Position numbers and translations under genes: made by a program. The notes below the pieces were generated by a model. It was not told the DNA's origin, did not search any database, and worked only from the letters and a program-made list of their open reading frames with translations. From Ignavibacteriales bacterium (lineage in GTDB: Bacteria > Bacteroidota > Ignavibacteria > UBA10030 > UBA6906), in the NCBI GenBank assembly GCA_037441705.1, contig JBBIRR010000001.1, positions 192,001-256,000 of the forward strand: a stretch of 64,000 bases of DNA. The letters are read 5' to 3'. How positions within the stretch are numbered: the first letter of the stretch is position 1; each line of letters begins with the position of its first letter. Shown here piece by piece: positions 1 through 8,731 of this stretch.

Positions 1-87
1 GTCCCTACGACGAATCCATCCTGCCGTTGGTCGGGGAGTGGAGCAATATCACCGGAACATAATTCGTGAACTAATGATGATTGCCCT

Positions 88-1305
88 ATGAGTACACCAT
101 TTACGCCCAACCGAAAAGTCCTCTACGTTGACGACGAAGCGAATCTACTGACGTCGTTCATGTCGCTGATGCGGAAGGAACGTGTTCAGGTGAGCGTCCT
201 CCAGCAATCGGAGCGGATCGAGAGCGTCCTGCAGGAGCAGGGGCCTTTCGCCGTCGTCTTTTCCGATCAACGTATGCCGGCGATGGATGGTGTGGCGGTG
301 CTCGAAACGGTGATGCGTCTGCATCCGGCAACCATCCGCGTGCTGATTACGGGTCATGCAGATTACGCAGACACGGTACGCGCCATCAACCTCGGCGGCA
401 TCAGTCACTTTATTTCCAAGCCGTGGAAAGACGATGCTTTGCGCAAGCTCGTCGGGGATTGCATTCAGCGATACAACATGGCCGAAGAGAACAAGTACCT
501 CTTCGGTGAGCTGCAGCAAGCCAACGCCCATCTGAAGGAGTTGTTGGAGGGAACGGTGGTGGGTGCGGTGCACATCCTGAGCGATATTCTCACCTATCTC
601 AATCCCGCTGCTGCCGCGCAGGTTGATCGCGTGCGCAAGTTAGGCCTGGCGTATTTGAACATGACGCCCGAGATTCACGGACAGGAACGATGGGAAATCG
701 AGCGGGCGTTGGACCTGTTTAACCTCGGCATGGCATTGCTTCCGTCATGGCTGCAAGCGTCGCTCAACAAGGGGAATGCTGCGCTCCACGCCGATTCTCC
801 TGTTCTGCAGAAGCAGCATCTTGTCGCGGCCGGATTATTGAAAGACATCCCACGTCTGGAAGGCGTTGCGCGCATCATCGCCCTGCAGACAAAGAACTTC
901 GACGGCTCCGGCGAACCCGCCAACGAAAACATCAGCGGCAAGGACATCCCGCTGGGCGCGCGGCTGCTGCACATCCTCATCGACCTCGACAAAGCACAGA
1001 TCGAAAAAGGCCACGGCCGGCTTGCCCTCGAGCGCATGGCAACACAGCCTGCAAAGTACGACGTGGACATCATCGCTCGAATGGTGGGAGCTCAATCCCG
1101 ACCAGCAGACCAAAGCGAACGGCTGTTGCCGCTGCACGAGCTACGCCCCGGGATGATTCTGCTGGACGACATCATCACCGAAACGGGTCAACTGCTGCTG
1201 AAAGCCGACTTCGTGCTGACCGACGTCGCCCTGAAGATTCTGCGTCAGTGGCACATGAACGATCCTATCGTTCACAAATTCCGCGTGAAGGCGGCTGCGT
1301 ATTAG
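88..1305 (+). CDS. Response regulator (REC) fused to a degenerate HD/HD-GYP-like domain (RpfG-like)
   Basis: N-terminal VLYVDDE...FSDQRMP...LITG...FISKPW receiver motifs. C-terminal 'KNFDGSGEP...GKDIPLGARLL' resembles the HD-GYP C-terminus. Confidence 0.85.
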   Translation: MSTPFTPNRKVLYVDDEANLLTSFMSLMRKERVQVSVLQQSERIESVLQEQGPFAVVFSDQRMPAMDGVAVLETVMRLHPATIRVLITGHADYADTVRAINLGGISHFISKPWKDDALRKLVGDCIQRYNMAEENKYLFGELQQANAHLKELLEGTVVGAVHILSDILTYLNPAAAAQVDRVRKLGLAYLNMTPEIHGQERWEIERALDLFNLGMALLPSWLQASLNKGNAALHADSPVLQKQHLVAAGLLKDIPRLEGVARIIALQTKNFDGSGEPANENISGKDIPLGARLLHILIDLDKAQIEKGHGRLALERMATQPAKYDVDIIARMVGAQSRPADQSERLLPLHELRPGMILLDDIITETGQLLLKADFVLTDVALKILRQWHMNDPIVHKFRVKAAAY

Positions 1306-1409
1306 TATCGAGAAATCGCGGCAGCGTTTGCACTTCCCGAAAATTCTTCGTACTAATTGGCCAGACATCCATCCAGCAATTGTGTGTTTGAGTGAAGGAG
1401 GACTTGCCA

Positions 1410-1652
1410 ATGCGGATTGCGTGTCCGAAGTGCGCGTGGGAGCCGAGCGCAGGAGACCAGTGGCGATGTGCACCCGGCTGCGATTATGTCTGGAATACAT
1501 TCGAGACGATGGGACGATGCCCGCAGTGCGGCAAACAGTGGCGCGAAACCTGTTGCCTCGAGTGTAAGCGGTGGAGCCCACACCTCGACTGGTATCACGA
1601 TCTGCCCGATGTGCTCGATGAGGTGGAAGACGCCGTCAACGCTCCCGCCTGA
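1410..1652 (+). CDS. Small Cys/Trp-rich double zinc-ribbon protein
   Basis: ATG at 1410 after GAAGGAGG RBS. Cys motifs CPKC, CAPGC, CPQC, CLEC. Confidence 0.75.
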   Translation: MRIACPKCAWEPSAGDQWRCAPGCDYVWNTFETMGRCPQCGKQWRETCCLECKRWSPHLDWYHDLPDVLDEVEDAVNAPA

Positions 1653-1654
1653 CG

Positions 1655-2227
1655 TTACTCCAGCTTCAGCTTTTTCAGCTTCGGTTTGATCACGAACTGG
1701 CAGTACGGCTGGAAGGCGTTGTTGTTGTAATAGTTGTGGTGATAATCTTCGGCAACGTAGAACTTTGTCAGCGGCGCAATCTCGGTGACGATCGGCCGGT
1801 CGAAATGTTTCTGCGCTTCCTTCAACGACTTCTGCGCCGCCGCTTTCTGTTGCTCGTTGTGGTAGAAGATCACCGAGCGGTACTGTGTTCCGACGTCATT
1901 TCCCTGCCGGTTACGCGTGGTGGGATCGTGTGCCTCCCAGAAAATCTCGAGCAGCCGCTCGTAGCTGACCTTCGATGGGTCGAACGTAATCTGCGCAACT
2001 TCGGCATGCCCGGTGGTGCCGGTGCAGACTTCCTGATAGGTCGGATTATCCTTTGTGCCTCCGGCATAGCCGGGCACAACGGATGTGACGCCCGTGATGC
2101 GCTGGAACACAGCCTCGACACACCAGAAACATCCCGCGCCGAATGTTGCTTTTTCCTCGTGAACCATCTTGTCCCCTTTCTGTCCTACGCCCGGCATAAG
2201 CATGAGCAACGTCATGAATGTCATCAT
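1655..2227 (-). CDS. msrA: Peptide-methionine (S)-S-oxide reductase MsrA with an N-terminal hydrophobic leader
   Basis: GAGCFWCVE catalytic motif, GHAEV, HDPT..NRQGNDVGTQYRS, AEDYH. Confidence 0.95.
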   Translation of the reverse strand: MMTFMTLLMLMPGVGQKGDKMVHEEKATFGAGCFWCVEAVFQRITGVTSVVPGYAGGTKDNPTYQEVCTGTTGHAEVAQITFDPSKVSYERLLEIFWEAHDPTTRNRQGNDVGTQYRSVIFYHNEQQKAAAQKSLKEAQKHFDRPIVTEIAPLTKFYVAEDYHHNYYNNNAFQPYCQFVIKPKLKKLKLE

Positions 2228-2299
2228 CGCGGACCCTCCTTCCCTTAAACAAACACATTTGCCATCACAGAATGTTCACGCGCCGATCACGGAAGGAGT

Positions 2300-3061
2300 T
2301 CATCGCACTCTCCCGATGAACACATCCGGTTCCCTCCGTCCCGCCTCGAACAGCTTCACCAGCACAAGACCGACTAGGAAGCCGCCGATGTGCGCAGCAT
2401 ACGCAACCCCGCCGCCTTGCGAACCGAGCGAGCCAACGCCGCTCGCCAGCTGAAACACAAACCACAGCCCGATTGCCATGAGGGAAGGAACTTCTGTGAG
2501 CATGTTGAACATGATGACGCGAACGCGTTTGCCGGGAAAGAGAATAAGATAGGCGCCGAGCACGCCCGAGATTGCTCCGGAGGCACCGAGGCTCGGAATG
2601 TACGGGTTACCTCCGAAGATGAAGGTCGAAGACACGTGGGCGAGAGAAGCAAGTACCCCGGCGACAAGATAGAAGATAAGATATCGCAGATGGCCGAGCC
2701 GATCTTCGATGTTATCGCCAAAGATCCAGAGGTAGAGCATGTTACCGCCGAGATGCGCAAAGCCTCCGTGCATGAACATGGACGTCAGCAGCGTGAGATA
2801 AACGGAAATGGGGGTCGGCTGGAGGCCCGGAATGTCGAAGATGCGTCCCGTGCGCGGATCCCGTGCCATACGATCTTCCGTAACCACGTCCGCGCCCGTG
2901 GCAATCTCTTCGGGCACGGTGGAGAACGCCATCGTGAACCTGTCGTTGGAGCCTAACCCTTGCAGGAAGACGAACACGATAACATTCAATGCGATGAGCG
3001 CATAGTTGACCAGCGGTGTCGTTGTCCGATCCGTGTTGTCATCACCGAGGGGAAGTATCAT
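2300..3061 (-). CDS. Rhomboid family intramembrane serine protease
   Basis: SMFMHGGFAHLGGNM, GASGAISG (catalytic Ser), AHIGGF (catalytic His), several TM segments. Confidence 0.95.
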   Translation of the reverse strand: MILPLGDDNTDRTTTPLVNYALIALNVIVFVFLQGLGSNDRFTMAFSTVPEEIATGADVVTEDRMARDPRTGRIFDIPGLQPTPISVYLTLLTSMFMHGGFAHLGGNMLYLWIFGDNIEDRLGHLRYLIFYLVAGVLASLAHVSSTFIFGGNPYIPSLGASGAISGVLGAYLILFPGKRVRVIMFNMLTEVPSLMAIGLWFVFQLASGVGSLGSQGGGVAYAAHIGGFLVGLVLVKLFEAGRREPDVFIGRVR

Positions 3062-3164
3062 CGAATTGGCCTTTCAGGTTTCTCATGCACGACGAGGATT
3101 CCACCGACAACTTACTCAACCCACACATGACAAGCAAGACGAGACAAATGAAGAGCCGGCAGGG

Positions 3165-3434
3165 TTAGATGACGACCGTTGTTGCCGGGTGCTTATTGAG
3201 CGCGTGATAGATACCCACCCGATCATCGTCATTGTGGACGACGACGAGTACCTTGAGCGAGATGTATCTGCCGTGCGCGCTTGTGTTGGAGAGCGTGACG
3301 GTGTGACTTCTCTCCTGAACGATTTCGCGTACGGCGGCTCGCAGTTCCAGTTCGCTCCGCCCGATGACCACGTAGGGCCATTCACAGGGGTATGAAAGCT
3401 TCAATCGTGGTTGCATTCCGGAATCTCTCATCAA
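3165..3434 (-). CDS. DUF493/YbeD-like (ACT-fold) protein
   Basis: 'LSYPCEWPYVVIG...SNTSAHGRYISL...RVGIYHAL' pattern. Overlaps the stop codon of the upstream gene. Confidence 0.85.
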   Translation of the reverse strand: MMRDSGMQPRLKLSYPCEWPYVVIGRSELELRAAVREIVQERSHTVTLSNTSAHGRYISLKVLVVVHNDDDRVGIYHALNKHPATTVVI

Positions 3435-4912
3435 TCCATCCTCTCATAGTTATCGGCTGCGCCGTAGAGTTGATTGAGCGGCACCTGCCGAATGGTGCGG
3501 AGGTTCTGCGGATTGGAAATGTAGCGGAGAATGATTTTGTAGCTGTCGTAGTCGAATCGCGGCGTCCGCCTGAACAATTCGGTCTGGCCGAACTCGTTGA
3601 ACGTAAAGCTCGACAGCAGACACCAGTTGTCGATCACAAATGCCTGTCCTTCATTGGTTACCGGATTACGCTCCTCGATAATGATCCCCCCATTGAAGGG
3701 CCACGCTTTGATGCGGCGCGACGCAAACGCCTCCTCGACCCGCCGATTGTACGTGGCGGCTTCCTCCTCTCCCACACAGGCGCCGCTGCACTGATGAAGA
3801 TGATAGGCAAAACAGTAGGAGTGTGTCCGTTCCAAACCCAACAGCTTGTGGCAGAGGCGGTATTCCTTTGCAGAGGCGGCAAGGTATTCTTTTGCTTGCT
3901 TGATGCTCTTGAAGATTCCCATGATGGGCGCTTCGAGGTCAATGGCAATTTCGTGCACCTTTTCTAACTCGATGCGGGCGTACCCGTTGGGAGAGAGGAC
4001 GCGGCGCGCAAGCACAATGTCGCGATGGCTGCGCGAGGCAACGTTGTACACGGGACGCAGTTCCTTGATCAATTGCGACTCCAGCAGCAGCGCGCCTAAC
4101 TCGCCGCTCGTCTTTCGTGCCTCGATGCGTGCCACCTGCTGCGCCATCTCCATCTCGCGAGAGGAGCGATGATCGCCGGAGAAATGCGACATGACGCGGT
4201 CGCGAATGCAGACACTCTTGCCCACGTAGAGCAGTTCGTTCGCCTTGCCGTAAAAGAGATAAACACCCGGTGTCTCCGGCAACTCCTCGATCACTTCCTT
4301 ATCCAGATGCGCCGGCAGGCTGGACGTTTTGAGGATGGCATTCACGGCGTTCGTGAACAGCTCTCGCGACGTCTCACGTTCGAGCGCGCACAACACCTCC
4401 AGCAGCGCGCGTGCATCCCCCAATGCACGATGACGATCCCGGCAGACAATCTGATGCCGCTGCAGCATGCTGTCGAGATCGTGATGCCGATAGGCGGGAA
4501 AGAGTTTCTTCGAGAGCTTGACCGTACAGAGGCAGCGCGCGGAAAACTCTCGCCCCAACCGCCTGAACTCATTCTTGATAAACCCATAATCAAACCGGGC
4601 GTTGTGTGCGACGAAAAGTGCGCCAGCCAGCATCGTGAACAGCTCGCGGGCAATGGAGTGAAACATCGGCGCGTGGTACACATCCTCGTTGGTGATGCCG
4701 GTGAGCTGCTCGATTTCATGCGGGATGAACCGGTCGGGATTTACCAACGAGTGAAATTCCTTCACCACTCGTCCTCGCTCAAGACGAATCACGGCGACGT
4801 CAATGATGCGGCCGTACATCGCATTGCCGCCGGTCGTCTCGATATCCACAACAGCGAGCGGCCGATCATCGAGAAAGCGGAGGCGGGGTTCGAGGGTTGA
4901 GGTCAGCGTCAT
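3431..4912 (-). CDS. DEDDh 3'-5' exonuclease (DnaQ-like) fused to a GIY-YIG (UvrC/Cho-like) nuclease
   Basis: VDIETTG, AHNARFD, HRALGDA exonuclease motifs, then PGVYLF...LLYVGKS..IRDRVMSHF. Start taken at ATG 4912, which overlaps the pfkB stop (ATGA). Confidence 0.9.
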   Translation of the reverse strand: MTLTSTLEPRLRFLDDRPLAVVDIETTGGNAMYGRIIDVAVIRLERGRVVKEFHSLVNPDRFIPHEIEQLTGITNEDVYHAPMFHSIARELFTMLAGALFVAHNARFDYGFIKNEFRRLGREFSARCLCTVKLSKKLFPAYRHHDLDSMLQRHQIVCRDRHRALGDARALLEVLCALERETSRELFTNAVNAILKTSSLPAHLDKEVIEELPETPGVYLFYGKANELLYVGKSVCIRDRVMSHFSGDHRSSREMEMAQQVARIEARKTSGELGALLLESQLIKELRPVYNVASRSHRDIVLARRVLSPNGYARIELEKVHEIAIDLEAPIMGIFKSIKQAKEYLAASAKEYRLCHKLLGLERTHSYCFAYHLHQCSGACVGEEEAATYNRRVEEAFASRRIKAWPFNGGIIIEERNPVTNEGQAFVIDNWCLLSSFTFNEFGQTELFRRTPRFDYDSYKIILRYISNPQNLRTIRQVPLNQLYGAADNYERMD

Positions 4913-5892
4913 GACTTCTTCATGAACCGGACGACATGCTTCGGATACGGAATCGCCGCGGCGCCCCCGCGCTTGCGTGCAGTGAGCGCGCCGACGGCGT
5001 TTGCAAAACGACAAATGGACGTAAGCTCTTCCTCCGTCAGGTTACCGGCCGCGCGCCCCGTCGCTGCAATGCCGTGCAGCAGGGCGGCAAAGAAGGCATC
5101 GCCGCAGCCCGTCGTGTCCACGGCTTTGACCTTGAAGCCGCGCACGAAGGCCCGCACCGAAGCGGTTTGAACATAGCTTCCCTTCGCACCGAGCGTGATC
5201 GCAACGAGGTGAGGACCCGATGCACGCAGCTTTCTCGCCGCGCGGTCAAGGTCTGCTTCTCCCGTCAGGAAATTGGCTTCGTCGGCATTGAGTCGCAAGA
5301 TGGATGCACGGCGTGCCATGAGAGACAACACGCGCCGGGCTTCGGCAGCGGATTTCCAGAGCGAGAGTCGAACGTTTGCATCGAACGCAACAACCCCGCC
5401 GATGTCTCTCACCCTCTCTGCAATCTCGAAGGCCGTGGAGCGTGCCGGTTCCTTCATGAACAAAAGCGGCGCGATGTTGACGATGCACGAAGCTGCAACT
5501 GCATTGAAGTCGATGTCGGCGGTTAGAAGCTGCTCTCCGGCCGGCTCCTTCTCCCAGAATTCGAAATCTCTCTCCCCATCGCTTGAGAGTGATACAAACG
5601 CGAGGCGCGTCTTGTGCCTCTTGTCGAACACGATGCCGCGGGTGTCGACGCCGTTCTTCGACAACTCTTCCACCAAAAACGTTCCGAACGCATCCGCGCC
5701 CACCCTTCCCACAAAGCGAACGGGCGAGCCGAGCCGGGCAAGTCCGACGGCAACATTGGCACCTTCACCGCCGAGGGCTTTCACGAATCCTCGGACGTGA
5801 GACAGCGGACCCGGCGAAGTGGCAACCAAATCCACCAACGCTTCGCCGATGCAGGTAATGGTAGGAGAGTTGGCTTTCACGGTTACCAACAT
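4909..5892 (-). CDS. PfkB family carbohydrate kinase (fructokinase-like)
   Basis: CIGEALVD, GGEGANVAVGLARLG, VGADAFG, VDTTGCGDAF motifs. Start approximate. Confidence 0.92.
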   Translation of the reverse strand: MLVTVKANSPTITCIGEALVDLVATSPGPLSHVRGFVKALGGEGANVAVGLARLGSPVRFVGRVGADAFGTFLVEELSKNGVDTRGIVFDKRHKTRLAFVSLSSDGERDFEFWEKEPAGEQLLTADIDFNAVAASCIVNIAPLLFMKEPARSTAFEIAERVRDIGGVVAFDANVRLSLWKSAAEARRVLSLMARRASILRLNADEANFLTGEADLDRAARKLRASGPHLVAITLGAKGSYVQTASVRAFVRGFKVKAVDTTGCGDAFFAALLHGIAATGRAAGNLTEEELTSICRFANAVGALTARKRGGAAAIPYPKHVVRFMKKS

Positions 5893-5924
5893 ACAACAGC
5901 GCAATCGTTTAATCAAGAGTTCTC

Positions 5925-5952
5925 TTGACTTTCTTACCCGATTCAGTAAGAT
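5925..5952 (+). promoter_or_regulatory. Candidate sigma70-type promoter for the Uma2 gene
   Basis: TTGACT (5925-5930), 16-nt spacer, TAAGAT (5947-5952), in the divergent intergenic region. Confidence 0.4.
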
Positions 5953-5981
5953 TAGAGTCGGCATCATGACCAGAGGTCGCA

Positions 5982-6536
5982 ATGCAGACTCCGACCATCA
6001 TCTTCACATACGATGACTACCTGACTCTTCCCAACGACGGGAAGAGATATGAGATTATTGACGGAGATTTGCACATCACCCCCGCACCCATCCCCGAGCA
6101 CCAGCTTGTCCTTGTTTATTTGACAGAAATCTTGCTGGCCTACCTTCGCAGCCATAAATGGGGAAAGTTGTTCGTTGCACCTACCGATGTGGTGTTCTCC
6201 ATGACGGAAGTGGCACAACCTGACATCGCAGTCGTTGCAAGAGAGCGTGACCACATCATCACAAAAAGGAATATCATTGCAGCTCCCGATCTCATCGTCG
6301 AGATTCTTTCGGAGGCAACGGAGAAAACCGACCGGACAACAAAGAAGGCGATGTACGAACGGCATGGCGTGAAAGAATACTGGATCGTTGATCCGTCCGA
6401 TCGCTCCGTGGAGATCTTCGAACTCGTGGGCGGAGCGTACGCGCCGGGCACACGCTTTGCATCAACGGAAGAAGTACACTCCCCGCTTCTGTCCGGGCTT
6501 TCGTTCCGTGTGCAGACCATTTTCGACTTCGAGTAG
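5982..6536 (+). CDS. Uma2 family PD-(D/E)XK endonuclease-like protein
   Basis: TYDDYLTLP..GKRYEIIDG..PAP..HQ, QPDI, APDLIVEILS, GVKEYWIVDP. Confidence 0.93.
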   Translation: MQTPTIIFTYDDYLTLPNDGKRYEIIDGDLHITPAPIPEHQLVLVYLTEILLAYLRSHKWGKLFVAPTDVVFSMTEVAQPDIAVVARERDHIITKRNIIAAPDLIVEILSEATEKTDRTTKKAMYERHGVKEYWIVDPSDRSVEIFELVGGAYAPGTRFASTEEVHSPLLSGLSFRVQTIFDFE

Positions 6537-6563
6537 TTTCCCATACCGAAAGGAGCCAACACC

Positions 6564-8072
6564 ATGTCACTCGCGGCAGAAGTACCCTCCATCGCCTCTG
6601 CAACAAAATCCTCCAACGGCGTTCGTGTGTTGATGAACTATGTGAACGGCTCGTGGGTGGACGCAAGAACCGGAGAGTTCCAACCTGTCATGAATCCTTC
6701 AATCGGGCAGCAGATTGCCCGGGTGCCGCTCTCGCTGCCGGAGGATGTTGATGCGGCAGTGCGCGCCGCGCGGGCGGCCTTCCCCGCATGGTCGGCAACG
6801 CCCATCAAGGAACGTGTGCAGGTTTTCTTCCGCTACAAGCGCTTGATGGAAGACCATCTGCAGGAGCTTGCCGCACTGGTGCATGAAGAAAACGGCAAGA
6901 CGATGAGCGAGGCAATCGCCGAAATCGAAAAGGCGATCGAAGTAACGGAGTTCGCATGCTCGATGCCGCAGCTTGTGACGGGAGAGATTCTCGAGGTGAG
7001 CAAAGGGGTCGAGTGCAGAATTGATCGCTATCCTGTCGGGGTCGTCGCCTCGATCACGCCGTTCAACTTTCCCCACATGGTCCCGAACTGGACGATCCCG
7101 AATGCACTGGTGCTGGGCAATACGATGATCCTCAAGCCATCCGAGCTTGTGCCGCTCAGTTCCATCCGCATCGCGGAACTGCTGAAGGAAGCCGGCCTTC
7201 CCGACGGCGTGTTCAACATCGTGCACGGCGGACAAACAGCAGTCGAAACAATTTGCGACCATCCGGGCATTGACGCACTCACGTTCGTTGGCTCGACGCG
7301 CGTCGCAAAGCTTGTGTACGCACGCGCGACGTCGCACTTCAAGCGAGCGCTCTGTTTGGGCGGGGCGAAGAATCACCTCATCGTCCTTCCCGACGCGCAT
7401 GAGGAAATGGCAGCGTCCAATATCGCCGCCTCGATGAGTGGCTGCGCCGGTCAACGCTGCATGGCCGCTTCGGCCATGGTCGCCGTCGGCAACGTGGACC
7501 ACATCATCAAGCGATTGTGTGAAGAAGCAAAGAAGATCATCCCCGGGAAAAATCTCGGCGCCGTCATCTCGAAGAAAGCGAAGGAACGCATCGAGGGCTA
7601 TATCACCGAAGCCGAACAGCAAGGGGCAAAAGTTCTCGTTGACGGACGGAACTATGTGGTCCAAGGAAAGGAGGAAGGCTTCTACGTGGGGCCAACAGTG
7701 ATTGACCACGTTCGTCCGGAAATGCGTATTGCGAACGAGGAGGTGTTCGGACCGGTTCTTGCCATCATGCGCGTCAACACGGTTGATGAGGCGCTAAAGA
7801 TTGAGAACAACAATCCGTACGGCAATGCGGCATCGGTGTTCACGCAAAGCGGGGGCGCTGCCCGCTACGTGATCGAGCGTGCAAGTGCGGGTATGATCGG
7901 CGTGAACATCGGCGTGCCCGTCCCACGAGAACCGTTCTCGTTCGGCGGATGGAATGAGTCGAAGTTCGGTGCGTGCGACATCACCGGCAAAAGCTCCATC
8001 GAGTTTCTCACCAAGCCGAAGAAGACCACCATCAAGTGGAATCCGGAATCGCGTGTGAATTGGATGAGTTAG
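6564..8072 (+). CDS. mmsA: CoA-acylating (methyl)malonate-semialdehyde dehydrogenase
   Basis: ITPFNFP, LKPSE, FVGST, GGAKNH, AGQRCMA, EEVFGPV, GMIGVNIGVPVP. AAAGGAG RBS. Confidence 0.93.
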   Translation: MSLAAEVPSIASATKSSNGVRVLMNYVNGSWVDARTGEFQPVMNPSIGQQIARVPLSLPEDVDAAVRAARAAFPAWSATPIKERVQVFFRYKRLMEDHLQELAALVHEENGKTMSEAIAEIEKAIEVTEFACSMPQLVTGEILEVSKGVECRIDRYPVGVVASITPFNFPHMVPNWTIPNALVLGNTMILKPSELVPLSSIRIAELLKEAGLPDGVFNIVHGGQTAVETICDHPGIDALTFVGSTRVAKLVYARATSHFKRALCLGGAKNHLIVLPDAHEEMAASNIAASMSGCAGQRCMAASAMVAVGNVDHIIKRLCEEAKKIIPGKNLGAVISKKAKERIEGYITEAEQQGAKVLVDGRNYVVQGKEEGFYVGPTVIDHVRPEMRIANEEVFGPVLAIMRVNTVDEALKIENNNPYGNAASVFTQSGGAARYVIERASAGMIGVNIGVPVPREPFSFGGWNESKFGACDITGKSSIEFLTKPKKTTIKWNPESRVNWMS

Positions 8073-8092
8073 CAAGGTAAACGTCTCGGAAA

Positions 8093-8124
8093 TGGAGTGT
8101 TGGAGTTCTGGAGTTGTGGGGGTT
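8093..8124 (+). repeat. Upstream 8-nt tandem-repeat arm, (TGGAGTNN)x4
   Basis: TGGAGTGT TGGAGTTC TGGAGTTG TGGGGGTT. Reverse complement of the array at 8644-8731. Confidence 0.8.
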
Positions 8125-8195
8125 CCATTACATCCCTGTGGTGGACGGAGGCTTCAAGTGAGAATCTATTGCGGACCGGAAATCCGGAGTTGCAA

Positions 8196-8636
8196 ATGAC
8201 CGAATATACGAAACGAAAGAACGTCAACCGCGGCTACATGAAGCTTGATGTCTGGCAGAATAGCATCGAGCTTTACAAGATCGTTCACAACATTGTTTAC
8301 AAGGAATCCCAATTGGATTTCAAAATCCGGTCACAGATCGACGACGCCGCTCATTCCGTCTCGAGCAACATCGCCGAAGGTTATGCAAGAAGATCAATCC
8401 ACGAGTACATCCAGCACCTTTATGTTGCTGCCGGGTCACTTGCAGAAACACTCACCCGAACAATTGGACTGATGGTAACAGGTCAGATATCTGGAAAACA
8501 GTTCGAGCACATTGATGAGATGCATTATGAAGTGGAGAACAAACTGATCCGACTCATAGAAAGCTTGGAGCATAAACGTGACACCGGCTCCTGGGTCAAC
8601 AAGATATCAGAACCCATAGACGTATACAACCCGTAG
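8196..8636 (+). CDS. Four-helix-bundle protein (23S rRNA IVS protein / Avd-like family)
   Basis: Y.KLDVWQ.S..L, SQI..AA.SVSSNIAEGY.R....EYIQHL..A.GSLAE signature. Confidence 0.92.
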   Translation: MTEYTKRKNVNRGYMKLDVWQNSIELYKIVHNIVYKESQLDFKIRSQIDDAAHSVSSNIAEGYARRSIHEYIQHLYVAAGSLAETLTRTIGLMVTGQISGKQFEHIDEMHYEVENKLIRLIESLEHKRDTGSWVNKISEPIDVYNP

Positions 8637-8643
8637 CTCCCAC

Positions 8644-8731
8644 CACTCCAATACCCCAATACTCCAATACTCCATTACTCCATTACTCCACTACTCCATC
8701 ACTGCGTCACTCCGTCACCCCATCACTCTAC
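8644..8731 (+). repeat. Downstream 8-nt tandem-repeat arm, (YACTCCAN)x11
   Basis: cactccaa taccccaa tactccaa tactccat tactccat tactccac tactccat cactgcgt cactccgt caccccat cactctac. The last unit overlaps the NCS1 stop codon. Confidence 0.92.

Noticed and set aside
8097-8636. 23S rRNA gene with an intervening sequence
   Set aside because: The flanks are protein-coding genes and no rRNA sequence is recognisable.
8644-8731. Short repeats as a CRISPR array
   Set aside because: The units are 7-8 nt and contiguous with no unique spacers, and there are no cas genes in the window. The same applies to the arrays near 14.4, 17.0, 18.4 and 63.0 kb.
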